Positions 41,981 to 54,900 are shown, counted from the first letter of the stretch. The stretch is 64,000 nt of DNA from Octopus sinensis (GCF_006345805.1 NW_021825323.1:682001-746000); one strand, 5' to 3'. Notes: generated by a model from the letters alone, not told the origin. Numbers and translations: made by a program.

Positions 41981-42260
41981 TAACTTCTTACTTGACTAAC
42001 ATTGGATTTGTTGTAATTTTGCTTTCTAAGTCTTATATTTTTTAAAACCAAATAAGTAAAAAAGATAGGGAGATGGAAAATTTATATGAAATTTCAGATA
42101 AATAACGATCCTGATAAAACATTATGGGTTTTCAAAATGATTTGTGAAAAAAGAATGAATCAGGTGACAGGTTGGTTTGGGCGTGACTGTGTTTTTGATT
42201 CTCTACGTTATGAACTGCTTTTATTATTTTTTTAAAGAGACCGATGAATGGTTTAACACT

Positions 42261-43860
42261 AAGAGAAATTTGAACATTATCAGAGTTTTACTGCTAATTT
42301 CAAGACGCGCAAAAAGTATGTGTTTAACTGTATATGTTACTCAAACCTCAGATTAAAGTGCATGACTGTGATCGTGCTCGAATATAACTTGGCAAATAAA
42401 CTTTGGTAAATTTGACGTTTTCCTCTTTATTGGATGATCAATCCATATATGAGGCTTTCAGAATGCTTTGATTGTCTTACAATTCTTAGTTCAAAAAGAT
42501 TTGTTAAATATATTCAAAAATAAGTGACAACTTATGTGAACTAAAATCGGAATGGTGCTTATTAGTCTTAATTCTAGATTAAACCTTTTCTTGAAGCCAT
42601 TTGTTTTTCATTCCACTAAAAGATTTTTATACAGTGTGAACACTTAATCGGCAATATCAGATGGACATCGAATTGAAATTCTTTTAAAGTGGACCACTGT
42701 TTGTTGTGTATAACGAAATCAAAAACCTTTCAATAGTCAATAATGCACATGTATACATTCTTTTGTGATTCCTAGGCTTTCTCTATAATTCATCTGACAT
42801 TTGTGTTATGGTTACGTGTACCTCGTCCCTTCCTGAATCCTGCTTGAACATTTGGTAAAATCATTTTGCAATTGGCATTAGATGATATTGTATTATCTTT
42901 AGAAGTATTTTGCTGGCGTAAAGAATTAAGGCAATTGTATAATAGTTAAAGCCATAGATTCTCAAGTGTGCTTAAACTTTAAGCAGTCTTTGCTATTGTC
43001 TATTTTCAATATTTGAATAAATATCCGGAGCTTTGTTCCCAGGTAATTGCCGTGATAATCACAAGCATTCCTCCTTAAGGGTTTTATGTCCCCTATCCAA
43101 CGTTGCTTTATCAACATATTAATGTGGGCACACCGTTTCTGAATACACACTCCTCGACAAAAAATGATTCAAAATCAGATTCGACAAAAATATTATATTT
43201 ATCAAATTTTTAAAGAAAAAGAACAAATTGATTTTGAATCATTTTTTACCAAAAAGTGTAGATCTTCGCGTATTTTCTTCAGCAATTTCTGATCCCTTGG
43301 TATCTTAGCGATTCTATACCATCCTTCATAGTGATTTTCCTCGTCATTTAGAGTACACAATCTTTTTAATTGTAAATACACATTCTTAGTGTGACTTCTC
43401 TTATAGTCATCTTCCAGTTTTTTGCAGTGTGACTTTTAGTTGTCTTCTTTATCCCTCCTGGCAGCCATTTTGAATTCAGAGTTAAGTTTTCTCGTTTCGT
43501 CTATATTCCCAGGGAGTTTAGCAGTTTTACAAGTCCCAGCAATGTTTAGGGCCTTGACAGAGAGCCACTCGAAGCTCTTGACCGTGTTGTATTACAGCAC
43601 TCCTGACAACTAACCTCATATCGTTCAACAATTCATCGGCTCCCTTTCATTAAAATCCAGTAATCTAATATTGTGCTCAACTTCCGCGGCGTATGTCTGT
43701 GGTATCCTTTAGTAATCGAATTTTTTTACTCGGGAGTATTCCAAGTGTTATTGAAGTTCGTCTTAATTTTTCAACAAGTAGCTGAAGATCTGTTCCACGA
43801 TCTGCTTAGGATATGTCTTGACCGCTGTATGTTTTTTTTCTGGAATGCCTAATAATCGGA
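42261..43860 (-). mobile_element. RTE/BovB-like LINE, inverted 5' segment (APE end through RT)
   Basis: WLSVKALNIA..LNSEFKMAARRDK, TIALILYASKILLKI, VQAGFRKGRGTR, IIDY.KVFD follow recalled BovB ORF order; many stops. Confidence 0.85.
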
Positions 43861-44391
43861 CTGGTGACAGAAACTTGAAAATCAAGAAACAGATTGATAT
43901 AAAACGGAGTGCTTTCCTGAAAATGAACAGTAATGGAAAAGCAGAGATAAGAAGCAAATGAAGACTGGTCAATGCAATTGTGTTCCTGGTTTGTCTATAC
44001 GGCGCAGAAACATAAATACTGATAAGGCGGATAGACAAAAAATTGATGCATTCGAACTTTGGTACTAGAGGAGTTTACCGAGAATCCCTTGAACGTCAAA
44101 AATAACAAACATCGATATACTCAAATGAGTGGATGAATATATCTTGTTTGAAGTAAAACACAGATTGGCGTTTTTTAGACATTTTGCCCGCTCTGATTTA
44201 TTGAAAGGAATAAAGAATATTACTGGAAGAAGTCCCGGCCGACCGAGGACTCGATGGCTATTAGCGGTAGAAGACGTCACGAGATTACCTTTATCAAGGT
44301 TTCTGAAAATTACGAATAAGTAAGAGAGGTGAGAAAAATTGGGTTATTAAATTTCCATGGGTCGGACACGACTTAATTGGATAACCTAACT
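43861..44391 (+). mobile_element. RTE/BovB-like LINE, 3' segment
   Basis: RLVNAIVFLVCLYGAET, KIDAFELW, GRPRTRWL; ends GGGTCGGACACGACT plus short (TAACC)-like repeat tail. Confidence 0.85.
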
Positions 44392-45424
44392 CAGTGGTTC
44401 TCAAAGTCTGTCTCATTTTGGATCCTGGGTGCCTCAAAAAATTATGATATTGAAAAAAATCAATTTAAATGAATAGCTTCTTTATTCCACATCCAGAAGA
44501 GAAAATACAAAAAAGGATATCTTGCTCCTGGATTTTGCCGATTTGGGGACGATTTTAAGAGAGCAAAATGTATGATCTGCCACCAAATTGTGTCAAAAGA
44601 GGCATTAGTACTATCTAAACTCTATCGGCATTTTGTTGTTCAGCAAAAAAATCTGACTATGTTTCTATTCAGTTTGAAGAATCAACTGATGTTGAAGCAA
44701 ACAGGGGTTAAATTCTGAGGTTCACACATAAATCGACTATCATTTAAAAAAATTAATAGAAAATTTTCAAAAATATTTTTAGGAAAATATTGATAATTAT
44801 CATTGGGTAAAAAATCATTTTTGATATTAAGACAGAACCTGTGAATTTAACTATAAGAGATTACGAACAGTTAAATCAGTTAACTGAGGACTATTTATTA
44901 AAATACAAATAAAAACAAGGATTTTTTTGTTTTCGGACTAAATACAGTGGGAAATATCAAAAAATAAACAAAAAGTAATAATTTCTTTATTATCATTATC
45001 GACTAAATACCTCTGCAAGTTTGGTTTTTACTTTATATTCCTCAACGAAAAAAAGTGAAGGAATAAACTTAAAGCTTTCTCGGACATAAGCTCGGAACTA
45101 TCCACATTGACCCTGGATGTTAATATTAAGCTAAAAACATGTCTCATTCATTTAATTTTGTTGCCTTAATATATAACGTCAGAGCAGTACCAAAACTCTC
45201 TACAAGCCCATGACTCAACGCGTGCATATGTTCAGACAATCGTGATCAAAAAAACATTGATGAGAATGCGCCCGGAATAAAAACTTTTACCTACAACGCC
45301 GAAGCATGCAATCAATGAACGACTAAGTGAAGGAAGCAGCCACCACGAGACATCAGAGGAACCTGTTAAGGATACCAAATTTTTAGAAAATCAGAAAGGG
45401 TCTCTGAAAGTTTGAAAACCAGTC
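44392..45424 (+). mobile_element. Old hAT deletion derivative inserted in the RTE tail
   Basis: Left TIR CAGTGGTTCTCAAAG; degenerate right end AGTTTGAAAACCAGTC; TSD-like ACCTAACT/ACATAACC (6/8); SIQFEESTDV remnant. Confidence 0.6.
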
Positions 45425-45663
45425 ACATAACCCAACCCTATTAACACTTGAGGTTGGAATACTGTGGTTTGCACCACTATCTATATTTTCTTTCAATTTT
45501 TCGATAACTAACCTATTTGTTTATGTAAAAGAAAACACGTGACCACCACGACTACACTGTGCCAAATAATCTCATTGGAAATTGTCTGAAATAATAGTTC
45601 CTTTCTAGCAAGAAGAATACATAATTATAAAAATAAATACTTCACTAATAAATTACGAAATTT

Positions 45664-48509
45664 TTATTTCTTGAAATGACAAAAATCATAAATCTCATTA
45701 GCAGTATTTTTGTTTGCTAAAACTTTATAAAGTGAATCTTTTTCCGCAAGACAAATATCAGCCAAACATCCAAAGTTATTCAAAAGGCACCCAACATTAG
45801 CTTGATTGACTCCTGTAATCTTCAAGAGCAGTTCTCTTTGGAGAACAGAGAAATGTGAATCAGACTCTTGGACGACCTTTATTTTATTCTTTTCAATTTC
45901 TTCTACAGAAAAATCTTTTCGATTTTTCTAAACAAACAAATAAACAAATACTTTCAACTGCGTTAATAATCCTGCAGCTGCACGTGGATTAGAACACCAC
46001 AAAAACTTTAAAGATGGAAAACACATTGACAGCAGTCCCAATTTAGTACTCAAGTCGTATAAAACAATATCTGCAGAGAACTGCGATTTCGACTAAAAGT
46101 ATTTGGGATATTCACATCACCTGAAGAGCAAAAGCTCTATCCAAATCAAACTCCACTAACAAGACTGGAAGCGGATAAACTGAACACATGGCGACACACT
46201 GAGTATAAAGGCGACCCGATTTTAACGAAGAGATCAAATCCGCCACATTCTTTCTCTCCACACAAAGTCCTGGACAAATCAAATAATCTCCAATCTAAAA
46301 TATAAATCATAAATAAGACCTCTAAAGTCGTGGGAAGAACTCTAAATCCGTTTATGTGAAGGAAATATGGCAAATCAGAGCGAAATTCTCTCATATCAAC
46401 AAACATCTAAAATGTAATACTTTACATTATAACATAAGGGTTCTGAATCGTTCCTCCTCTTCTCTCATCCGCCAAACCTGGGGTAGAATATTGTAGCCCG
46501 TCAATTGGAACCACCGATGATTTCTGTGAAGCAATATATTCAAATGCTTCACGCTCTTTAGCTAAACCAGTCAAGTATAACTGTTCTTCATAACTATTTA
46601 CAAACATCAAAAAGAAGAAAGAAACGGTGAAATCAACCCTGCATTGATAGACCTAACAAAATTCACATTTTAAAGTTAGACCTCTAATTGACGTATAAGG
46701 TGGTGCTTTGGCTCATATAAGATTACTTTTGCGGGCTTAATTGATTTACAAGAATCATAGAGAGGCCGGGAATATCCACCATATGACGACACCGATTGCA
46801 AATATATTTTAAAAGAAAATTCAGCCTGCTCATTTTCTAAAATGGGAAAATCCTCTTCGTCTCTTATTACTATTGGGGTTCCATAAGACTTTTGCAATTC
46901 AAAAATATTCTAAAATTTATTTCCACTTAAATAATACTAACATGGGTACACTCATAAATAAAATCCCCATCAAAAACCTTCCCATATAAAGACAAGTATA
47001 AACTTTTAAAATAAGAAACAGCACCGTCTTTCAATATCTATAAAGTTTAAATAAACGTGATTTACGTGAGCAAGAGTCTCTCGGTTTTTAATTGATGATG
47101 TTATAACCAATATACGTACAGGAAACACTTGCAGACTTCCATCACTGATAATTTCCGTTAAAATATTAAAAAAAGAATTCCATCGAGAGTTAGATTCAAT
47201 ATAACAAACTAAAGCATATTAATAACAAAATAACCATCATTCTTATATTCCACTCTCTCCTGAGCTGCCTAAACAACAGGCCAAATAATGGAAACGTTAA
47301 AGAGAGTATCTGCTGAGTCTAGAAATATCCACCCAACACTATTATCCCCCTCCCGAGCAGTTTGTCTAACAAATTCAAGCATAAAATACCTCAAATCCTC
47401 ACTGATTTTAAAAACGTTAGCCCGTCGGAATGTAAAAGCTGACTTCTAATCAAAACAAAAACACTTACCCAAGTAATAAAATAAAAGTTTTCAAATTTGA
47501 AATTATATTTCTCGTACGCTGACTTAGACTCGGAGATGAATCAAGTACATAATTTAGCAAACTTTCAACATTCGGCACAACCAACTCGTCCATTTTAAAA
47601 ATTGAATTCTAAAATATCTTGACATTTCAACTACTACAAGTTTTGTAGGAAGAACTGTTTTTAATTCCCGTACACATGCGGTAGATAATTCAAATAAAGA
47701 AGAATGGCATTTTTCCATAAGAAAAGACATCTTCAGTTCGATCTCTCTTATATTATGCTATTAATAATTTAGTTAGTTTAAAACATTTCGTTTTTCAATC
47801 GTGTTGATAACCGTTGAGTGGAAACGTGGCCAAATACAAATTCTATTAATGAATAGATCTTGCAGAGACTTTTCCAAATCCCCAAATCTACGGATAAATG
47901 ACTCGGGAGCCCACGAAATCGCTTTTAAAAATCCTTTCTATCAAAAATATCAATTAAAAAAAACAGAATTCTTTTCTCTGTAAAGCCGAGCAATAAACGC
48001 TTCGGAAGTATGTTTCATTATTCTAAAATGGTCATTAAATGTATAAACTTATGTGCTTTATGGATTACAATTCCTGTGACATATTCTATTGGTACTCTGT
48101 CACAAAGAATGTCGACAATAAGGATTCTGGATGTCACAAAATATATTCCACCATTTAAGTATAAATCCCGACTAAACTGCTTTATTAATGCTTTAATACC
48201 GTTCGGAAGAACTGCAATGACTGTCGATTGAACGGACTGTACATTCGACATTGTTAGAAAGCAATTCCTTGATTAAATAAATCTAAAAATAATAAAATAT
48301 ACTTTAATGCCTCGTCGTTTTTATGAAGGTTGACAATAAATATTAATACTCCAGGGTCTCCATAGGCCATTAAAAAATGTAAAAGTATATTATCAACGTC
48401 TAGTCCGCTTGGAATAAATTATTATCATTTACCGAGCAGCGATAAGTAAAATGTCGTTGTCGTAAAAATCTAAAAACATTTCTTTTTCAAATTCTAACAA
48501 GTCGAGCAT
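45664..48509 (-). CDS. ERCC4: DNA repair endonuclease XPF
   Basis: LLEFEKEMFLD..AARGL, GGIYFVTSRILIVDILCDRVP, HKAHK, VILYEP, VDMREFRSDLP, LEIGDY, VERK, LLKITGVN; micro-introns including a GC-AG intron at 48283-48310. Confidence 0.93.
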
Positions 48510-48755
48510 TTGGAACACAGCACACCAAGTGTTCTTATATTCAATTTATTATAATAAATTTTTAAAATTAAATCAATGAAACTTTCAGATAAAACTTTGT
48601 TGATGTTCATGATTCATGAAAAACTCCATATTTAACTATATGACCATAATCGAGTTTTTTGGGTATTTTTAGTGAGAAATTTTTAATTATTTTTTTGTTC
48701 GTGAAAAACTATTTATTTATATAATAATCTAAATAATATATATTTAGTCGTACTA

Positions 48756-49022
48756 ATGGATTCAAGGTTGGCTGATATAATAACGGAGGAGATATCACAG
48801 CAAAGGAAATCAATTAAAAAGATGAAAGAAATTTTGAAAGAAAGATTGGAAGATCTAAACGTTTTTTATTCAATTTAATTAAAAAAGATTGAAGCATTAG
48901 AAATAAAGAAACGCCAAATTGATATGAATGTGACTGACATGCAACAAAAAATTATTTTTGAATCAAAACCTGACTCGATTCAGGATTCCTTAGATTTTCT
49001 TGATTTTGATCCTATTGATTGA
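48756..49022 (+). CDS. Small coiled-coil protein (79 aa), SNAPC5/SNAP19-like
   Basis: Two exons, 27-nt phase-0 GT-AG intron; MDSRLADIITEEISQQRKSIKKMKEILKERLEDLN|IEALEIKKRQ..acidic tail; pattern parallels recalled SNAPC5 MLSRL..LRLKAALHDQLNRLKVEELAL. Confidence 0.55.
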
Positions 49023-49244
49023 AAATATTTGTCTTGTTTATTTAGAATTTTAAATAAATTAATCCACTTTTTTGGCGGTAAGTAGTCAAAATACCCCCTT
49101 TTCTGTACAATGTGCAGTCATGAGGAAATTCTAGTCTATTATTTAAAGATACATGCATCAAAGCAGATGGACTACACATAGAGAATTTTTGTAACTATTC
49201 TCAAACGAAATTGCTTAATTGACTTTTTATTAGTTTTTTTTTAT

Positions 49245-49520
49245 TTAACCTAAGAATTACCAACAGTTAATTAGGGTAATTAATTAGGTGATTCCAACAA
49301 TCCTCAAAATCCTTCTCAGCTTTTCCAGATGTTGGACTCTGGACCCAACGCAAGTGCGGGACGGGCGGGGAGCAGTTTTTCTGAGGAATTGAATCGGGGT
49401 GATGTGCTTCTGGTTGTTAAGGTCTTTTGCCAGGTGGTCCTGTTGGATGGCTAAGAAGCCCTTTCGTTCTTTCTTAATAAGGTTGTCAAGCGGACTTGGG
49501 ATAATGTTGTTCAAGTTTAA
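49245..49520 (-). mobile_element. 3' end of an APE-type LINE related to 37374-39509
   Basis: PRPSRTCVGSRVQHLEKLRRILRIVGIT* aligns with PRPHRNCAGTREEHRAKLRTLLREAGIT*; A-rich tail. Confidence 0.8.
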
Positions 49521-49821
49521 TGATTAGCTTTGTTTTAACATTTTGTATATAGTTGAATATATTTTGATTAATTGTCTTTGAGTTTAAGACTTGAATTTTG
49601 TAAAGAAGCTTAAAGATTTGAAACGCAAAGTTATTTCTAATCATTTTCGGCTCATACCTGTACACATATATAAACAAAAAATGAGGCATTATTAGGCAGC
49701 GACTTGGTGGGGCATTATCTTTGTGGGTCATTACTTATTCAAAATTGTAATTTACAGACAATACTTTTTTAAATGTTCTTAAACCGAAATATTAAACAAT
49801 TCTTCTAAGATTTTTTTATCA

Positions 49822-50892
49822 TTGGGTTGGCAACTGTTTTTTAAATTTATTGAGTTTCAATTAAAGTTATTTCACTTTATTTTCAGATTATCAAATGGAA
49901 TATCAAGTTAAAAAACGTACACTTTCGACACTTCCTTCTCTTTTATTTAACGAAGGTTTTACTGCTGCAAAAGCTGCTCGTGAAATTAATCTTATATACG
50001 GGAACAATACAATGCCAGAAAGATCGCCCGTAAGTGGTTTGCTAGGTTCAAAGAGGAAAATTTTGATTTCAAAGATGCACCACGTTCTGTCCGCTCAACT
50101 GAAATTGATGAAGGATAGTTAAACCAACTTGCATGGTAGGACTGGGAGGGGATTTTCATTACGAATTGCTGGAAAAAACCAAGCTGTGAACGCCGTAATC
50201 TATGTTCAAAAAATGAAAAGAGTCAAAATGGTTATTCAAGAAAAGCGCCTTAATCGACAACACAATGTTCTTTTATTGTATGACAATGCCCGGACTCATA
50301 TCGTAAATATGACCAAAGAAGATGTCCAAACATACGGCTGGGTAGTGCTGCCACGCTCGCCGTACTTGCACCAACATATTTTCATCTTTTTAGGTCACTT
50401 TCTAATGCTATGCGTGGGTTTTCGTTCAATAACGATACAGAATTGAAAGCTTGGTTAGGCGGATTTTTTGAGTCAAAAACAAAAGATTTTTACCGAGAAG
50501 GTATTGAAAACTTGTTGAACGATGGGGAAAAATTATCGACACAAATGGAGATTTATTTATTTATTGGTCCACCATATCAGTTGGAATTTCCAATCGGATA
50601 TGAAAACGCTCAGGAGGCACGTAATGCCTACCGAAAAAGGACTTCTAGAACTCTGACCCTGGGAAATCGTCGTCTCAGTCCGATCACGTGGGCAGGATCG
50701 AACCTTTCAGAAGGATCTCCCTCGCTTGAATCGGGGACTCACGGGGATTATAATTAACTGGCTTACCCTGGTCTCTTGGTCATTAATAAATAATAAACAC
50801 AAATGGAGAATACATCATTGATTAAATAGTTTTTAGTTTTTACTTAATTCATGTAGATTTAAAAAACCGCGTGAACTTAGTTGCCAACCCAA
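49822..50892 (+). mobile_element. mariner element, internally deleted, carrying a SINE insertion
   Basis: TIR TTGGGTTGGCAAC at both ends, TA at right; AAKAAREIN, LLLYDNARTH, VLPRSPY, FFESKTKDFYREGIE, NGEYIID* restored after removing the SINE. Confidence 0.9.
50552..50796 (+). mobile_element. 5'-truncated SINE (subfamily B)
   Basis: 13-bp TSD ACACAAATGGAGA (50539-51, 50797-809); body is reverse complement of the other copies; extra TTTATTTATTTATT at 5' junction. Confidence 0.9.
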
Positions 50893-51068
50893 TAGAATAT
50901 TAATCGACTGTAATTTTTATGCGATATCATAAAAAAATTAAACTAACAAATTTGTCAAATATTCAAATCCGGACGGTAGGATTAATATCAAGGTCAATTC
51001 AGTTAACCATTCAAAAACAATTATTTTACTTTTATAATATTTTTAAACGAATGAAAATAAAAGATCTT

Positions 51069-52587
51069 TCAAACAGTATTAACAAAATCATCAGAACACC
51101 AGAACCGACACCGATTGTCATCACTACAAGTCACGAAGGCCCCAATTGTATTAGAATGTGCAATATGTCTGACCACATCATTGTGCCCTACTCCTCATTA
51201 CTCAATCTGAACCATAACTCTGCGTGTTCAACAACTCAGCAGTCCGAGCATCCCAACAACATATCTCACGAATGTCATTATTTATTCCCAAAACTGGAAT
51301 AAAACATGACTAAAAACCAAAGTCCTCGGTGTGGGTAAAGACTGCGGGACATGGAATCATCGACGGCATTTCGCCACTGCTAGTTCCCCTATAAGCCTGA
51401 AGACATCTCGAGGAAGAAAGATCCCACAGTTTGACGATTCCGTCACCTCCAGTGGACAAAACATACTAAAATAAATAACAGAAATCTAACCTTTGAATTC
51501 TTTGAAAAAACAACAGAATGAACAGGAGTGGATGAGTGGGCGTTTATAAAACGATTTACTCTGCGACAGCTTACTCCATCCCATATGCCAATGCTTCCAT
51601 CAATGGAAGAGGATGCCAAGAATCGTCCACAATCACTCCAAGCCACCTGATTTGACCCATTAGGAAATAACCCGTGTTAGTCCTGCAGCGTGTTGATCCG
51701 ACGGCACAGAGGAAACATAACATTGCAGTGTATTGGCATTGTATAACCGGACTAAACTAACGAATAAAATATAACAACGGGTTGGGTGTGTAGTGGCGAC
51801 AAGTAAATAATCCCCCAAAGGATGGAAAGCCAAATCGACTACTTCAGCAGCCTCTGTAATAACACGAAAAGCCTTTCGGGCCATCGGTTTACTGTAATCA
51901 AAAAACTTGACAGTACAGTCCCGACTGCCAGACACAATAAAATGACCCACCGTTGGGTGAAAACGCAAACAACTTACTTCCTACCAAATAAACAGAACTT
52001 TCTTAAAAAACCGAAGTATGATCATACAAATTCCGCACGACGGGATGAAACTCCGTGTCGCCTGCAGAACTATTTTTGGTTAGCATTTTAGCTAGGCTTA
52101 AAATCTATTTTAGTTATAATAAGCATTAAAACCTTAATAGAACAATCAGTTGAGGCTGTGGCAATGTTTTGACCAACCAGATCAAAGGCAGCCGCACGAC
52201 AGCAATCTCTGTGAGATGTTATGTAATATGTTTCGTATTTGTCGAATGAGGAAGCCAAAGGACGGGCTAAATCTTGTTTATTGCGACTACTTTCGAGTGC
52301 GTTGTCCATATCAATTCCGGAGTCGAAAAGTTTTGAAAATTGCTCATTATTTTGAAAGGCAATGTTTTCTTTAATATTTATAATTGTTAATAAACCTTCT
52401 GCATTTATTCCTTTTTGTACAATTTGGGCTAGTCGGTCTGATGGAGAAAGAATCCTCATTGAATGAATTGTTGAATTTAGCTGAAATGCTAATTCCTGGT
52501 GTCCGTCAAATAGCAGTTGACTGGAACACGTTTAATTTAATTTTAATACCCAATTATAAGTTTGTACATTGTTTCTCGTTCGGTCAT
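51069..52587 (-). CDS. CSTF1: Cleavage stimulation factor 50 kDa subunit (WD40)
   Basis: [83 protein letters not shown]. Confidence 0.95.
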
Positions 52588-53099
52588 AGGGGCAACACCT
52601 CACTTAACGCAAGCAGTTTTTTTATAATTTGAATATGTTTTATTTAACAAATAAAAGTTCGATTTTAACTTTTTAATAAATTTAATGGAAAATTACAGAA
52701 TAAATTTTTTTCACGTCTTTGTTTTTATATATACAAGATGGCCAAAACTACTAATAAAAGATCTATTTACACTTCAAAGCCTTCAAAATCTCAATCTTTA
52801 AGTTTTCAATTAAATTTTTATAGTATAAAATACGTAATTTGTCCAAAGGTGGTGTGGAATATGAAACAGCTATTTTAACTATAACGAATTGCCAAAAATT
52901 ATATTTTATAAAGACAGCAGAGAATAGTTTTCAAAAAAAGAACACATATTTATTTGTTTCTGAATAAATTTGGGCACAACTCTTAAAAGTATCTACCAAA
53001 ATAAAAATATTCGTTAACAAATGCCAAAATTTGCCAGAAATTTACAAGGTCAGAAATGTAATAAAATATTTAGTTAAAAATAAAAGCCATTTTATAGAA

Positions 53100-53813
53100 T
53101 TAATTATCACCGATAAACGACATGATTGTACTGCGAAAATTCTGATAAGCCTCACAAATTTCATCATTCACAACAGTGGCATCAAACAAATTTTTCTTAG
53201 ACTCGACTAAGCATAATTGGAGAACAAAATAAACTCGCTTTCATGTCAGCTTTGGCACGTTTCAAACGTTTTTCTATACTTTTGCTAGTTTCAGTTCCCC
53301 GAAGCTCAAGGCGTTTTCTCTGAATTGTAATAGAAAAATAAAAAAAACCAAAATTTCTAAACTAGAAGGAACGATTAGTATGAATTTGGCAGGAAAGTCT
53401 TTCAGTTTTTTGAGAGAACGGACGCCTTGAAGTTCCAAGTCAAGAACACACGTCTTTTTAGTGTTTTTGACAGATTCAACGGCCTGAAAACTTTTAGAAT
53501 AAATTTATAGAATGAACATAAACCTTGTTCCGTAAATGTTCCCGGAAAATTCAGCATATTCAATTAGTTTATTATTCTTAATAAGATTTTTCATTGTTTT
53601 TTTGTCACAAAAATGATAATCCGAAATCAAATATATCAAATACCTTTTCCATCAACCTCTCCTGGTCTTATTGGCCTTGTCGTATCTAGTTTTTTGTGTA
53701 AAAAAATAACGTGAAATGCTAAATCCAAATTTTTCTGGACATTCTGAAAATAGTTTGGAAATCAAAGAACTTTTCCCACAACCTGACGGTCCAGATACTA
53801 CAATTGACAACAT
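53100..53813 (-). CDS. GUK1: Guanylate kinase (absent from ORF track because all exons are short)
   Basis: [80 protein letters not shown]; intron 53621-53643 ends GG not AG. Confidence 0.95.
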
Positions 53814-54329
53814 TGATATTGATTAAATTATCTTTTCTATTAAATAAATTTTATAAAATAAAATCAATTTTTTTAATAAATACTAAAATTTGCTAGAACA
53901 GTTTGACCCCTATTTGGGAGGCGAAATTTTCAGGTTGGTACCGGATGTAAACAAAATTTGCTTTGATTTCTCTAACTTTCATTTTTATTTATTATTTCTT
54001 TAATTTTGTCATTCTGCACTCATGATGTGCTGACTGACCAGAACTAAATGAACATAGGAAACACAATGTTTCCTTCTCCCAAGAACTTGTCAGAACCGTG
54101 GAAAGCTAACTTTTACAAACCAATTTTTAAAACAATCAGTGATCTTACATTTAATTTTTTTAATTCAGAAGATAATTTTAATCTAAATTCCGAATTTTGT
54201 AAATTTTGCAGACAAATATTATTTTCTACTATATTTAAGTATCAATTAAAAATAAGGTCAACAGAATTCAAATTTCAACAGAATTTAGCAATTTTTTAGG
54301 AAAATAATATTCAATTTTTCTAATCTCAC

Positions 54330-54900
54330 CTTTGCCAGCGGGTCGCATGTGTAGAGCATAATTAAAGAAAAACGCTTGTCGTGTAAAAGAGTGGTAGTAT
54401 AATTTCTCGCCACACTCAATTAGTGAGGTTGTCAAGAGGGCTATAGAGTTGGCTGGTTTCCCTTCCACTCTAGAGCCAGTCAGCTTTTACCGGAGTGACG
54501 GTAAGGGTCCTGACGGGATGACGACTTTTCCTTTCAGGGAAGGCAAGTCCCTGGTCTGGGACGCCACCTGCGTCGACTATTTTTCGGCGAAGATGCTACC
54601 CAAGACTTGCAGCAACCCGGGCTCCGCCAGTGCTCAAGCCAAAGAGTTGAAGAGGACAAAATATTTGTGTATTCAGGAATCTGTTGAGTTTGCCCTTTTG
54701 CCTTTGAAACCTCAAGAATCGTCGGCAAAGCCGCGATTCAACTCTTCACTGACATTTGTAGGAGAATCTTCTCGAAAACAAACGACCGGAGAGAGACGAG
54801 GTGGTTCTTTCAGTAAATCTCGGTTGCCGTGCTCCGCGGAAACTGCCATTCAATACGAAGTGAGGCTTTGTTGAGATAACCCTTAGGCTTTCAACTACTC
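54330..54900 (+). mobile_element. CRE-like RLE retrotransposon 3' fragment
   Basis: RAIELAGFPSTLEP..RSDGKGPDGMT..GKSLVWDATCVD..FAFET..DRRETRWFFQ.ISVAVLRGN. Confidence 0.85.

Noticed and set aside
50919-51302. 127-aa plus-strand ORF
   Set aside because: Antisense shadow of the last CSTF1 exons and 3' flank.
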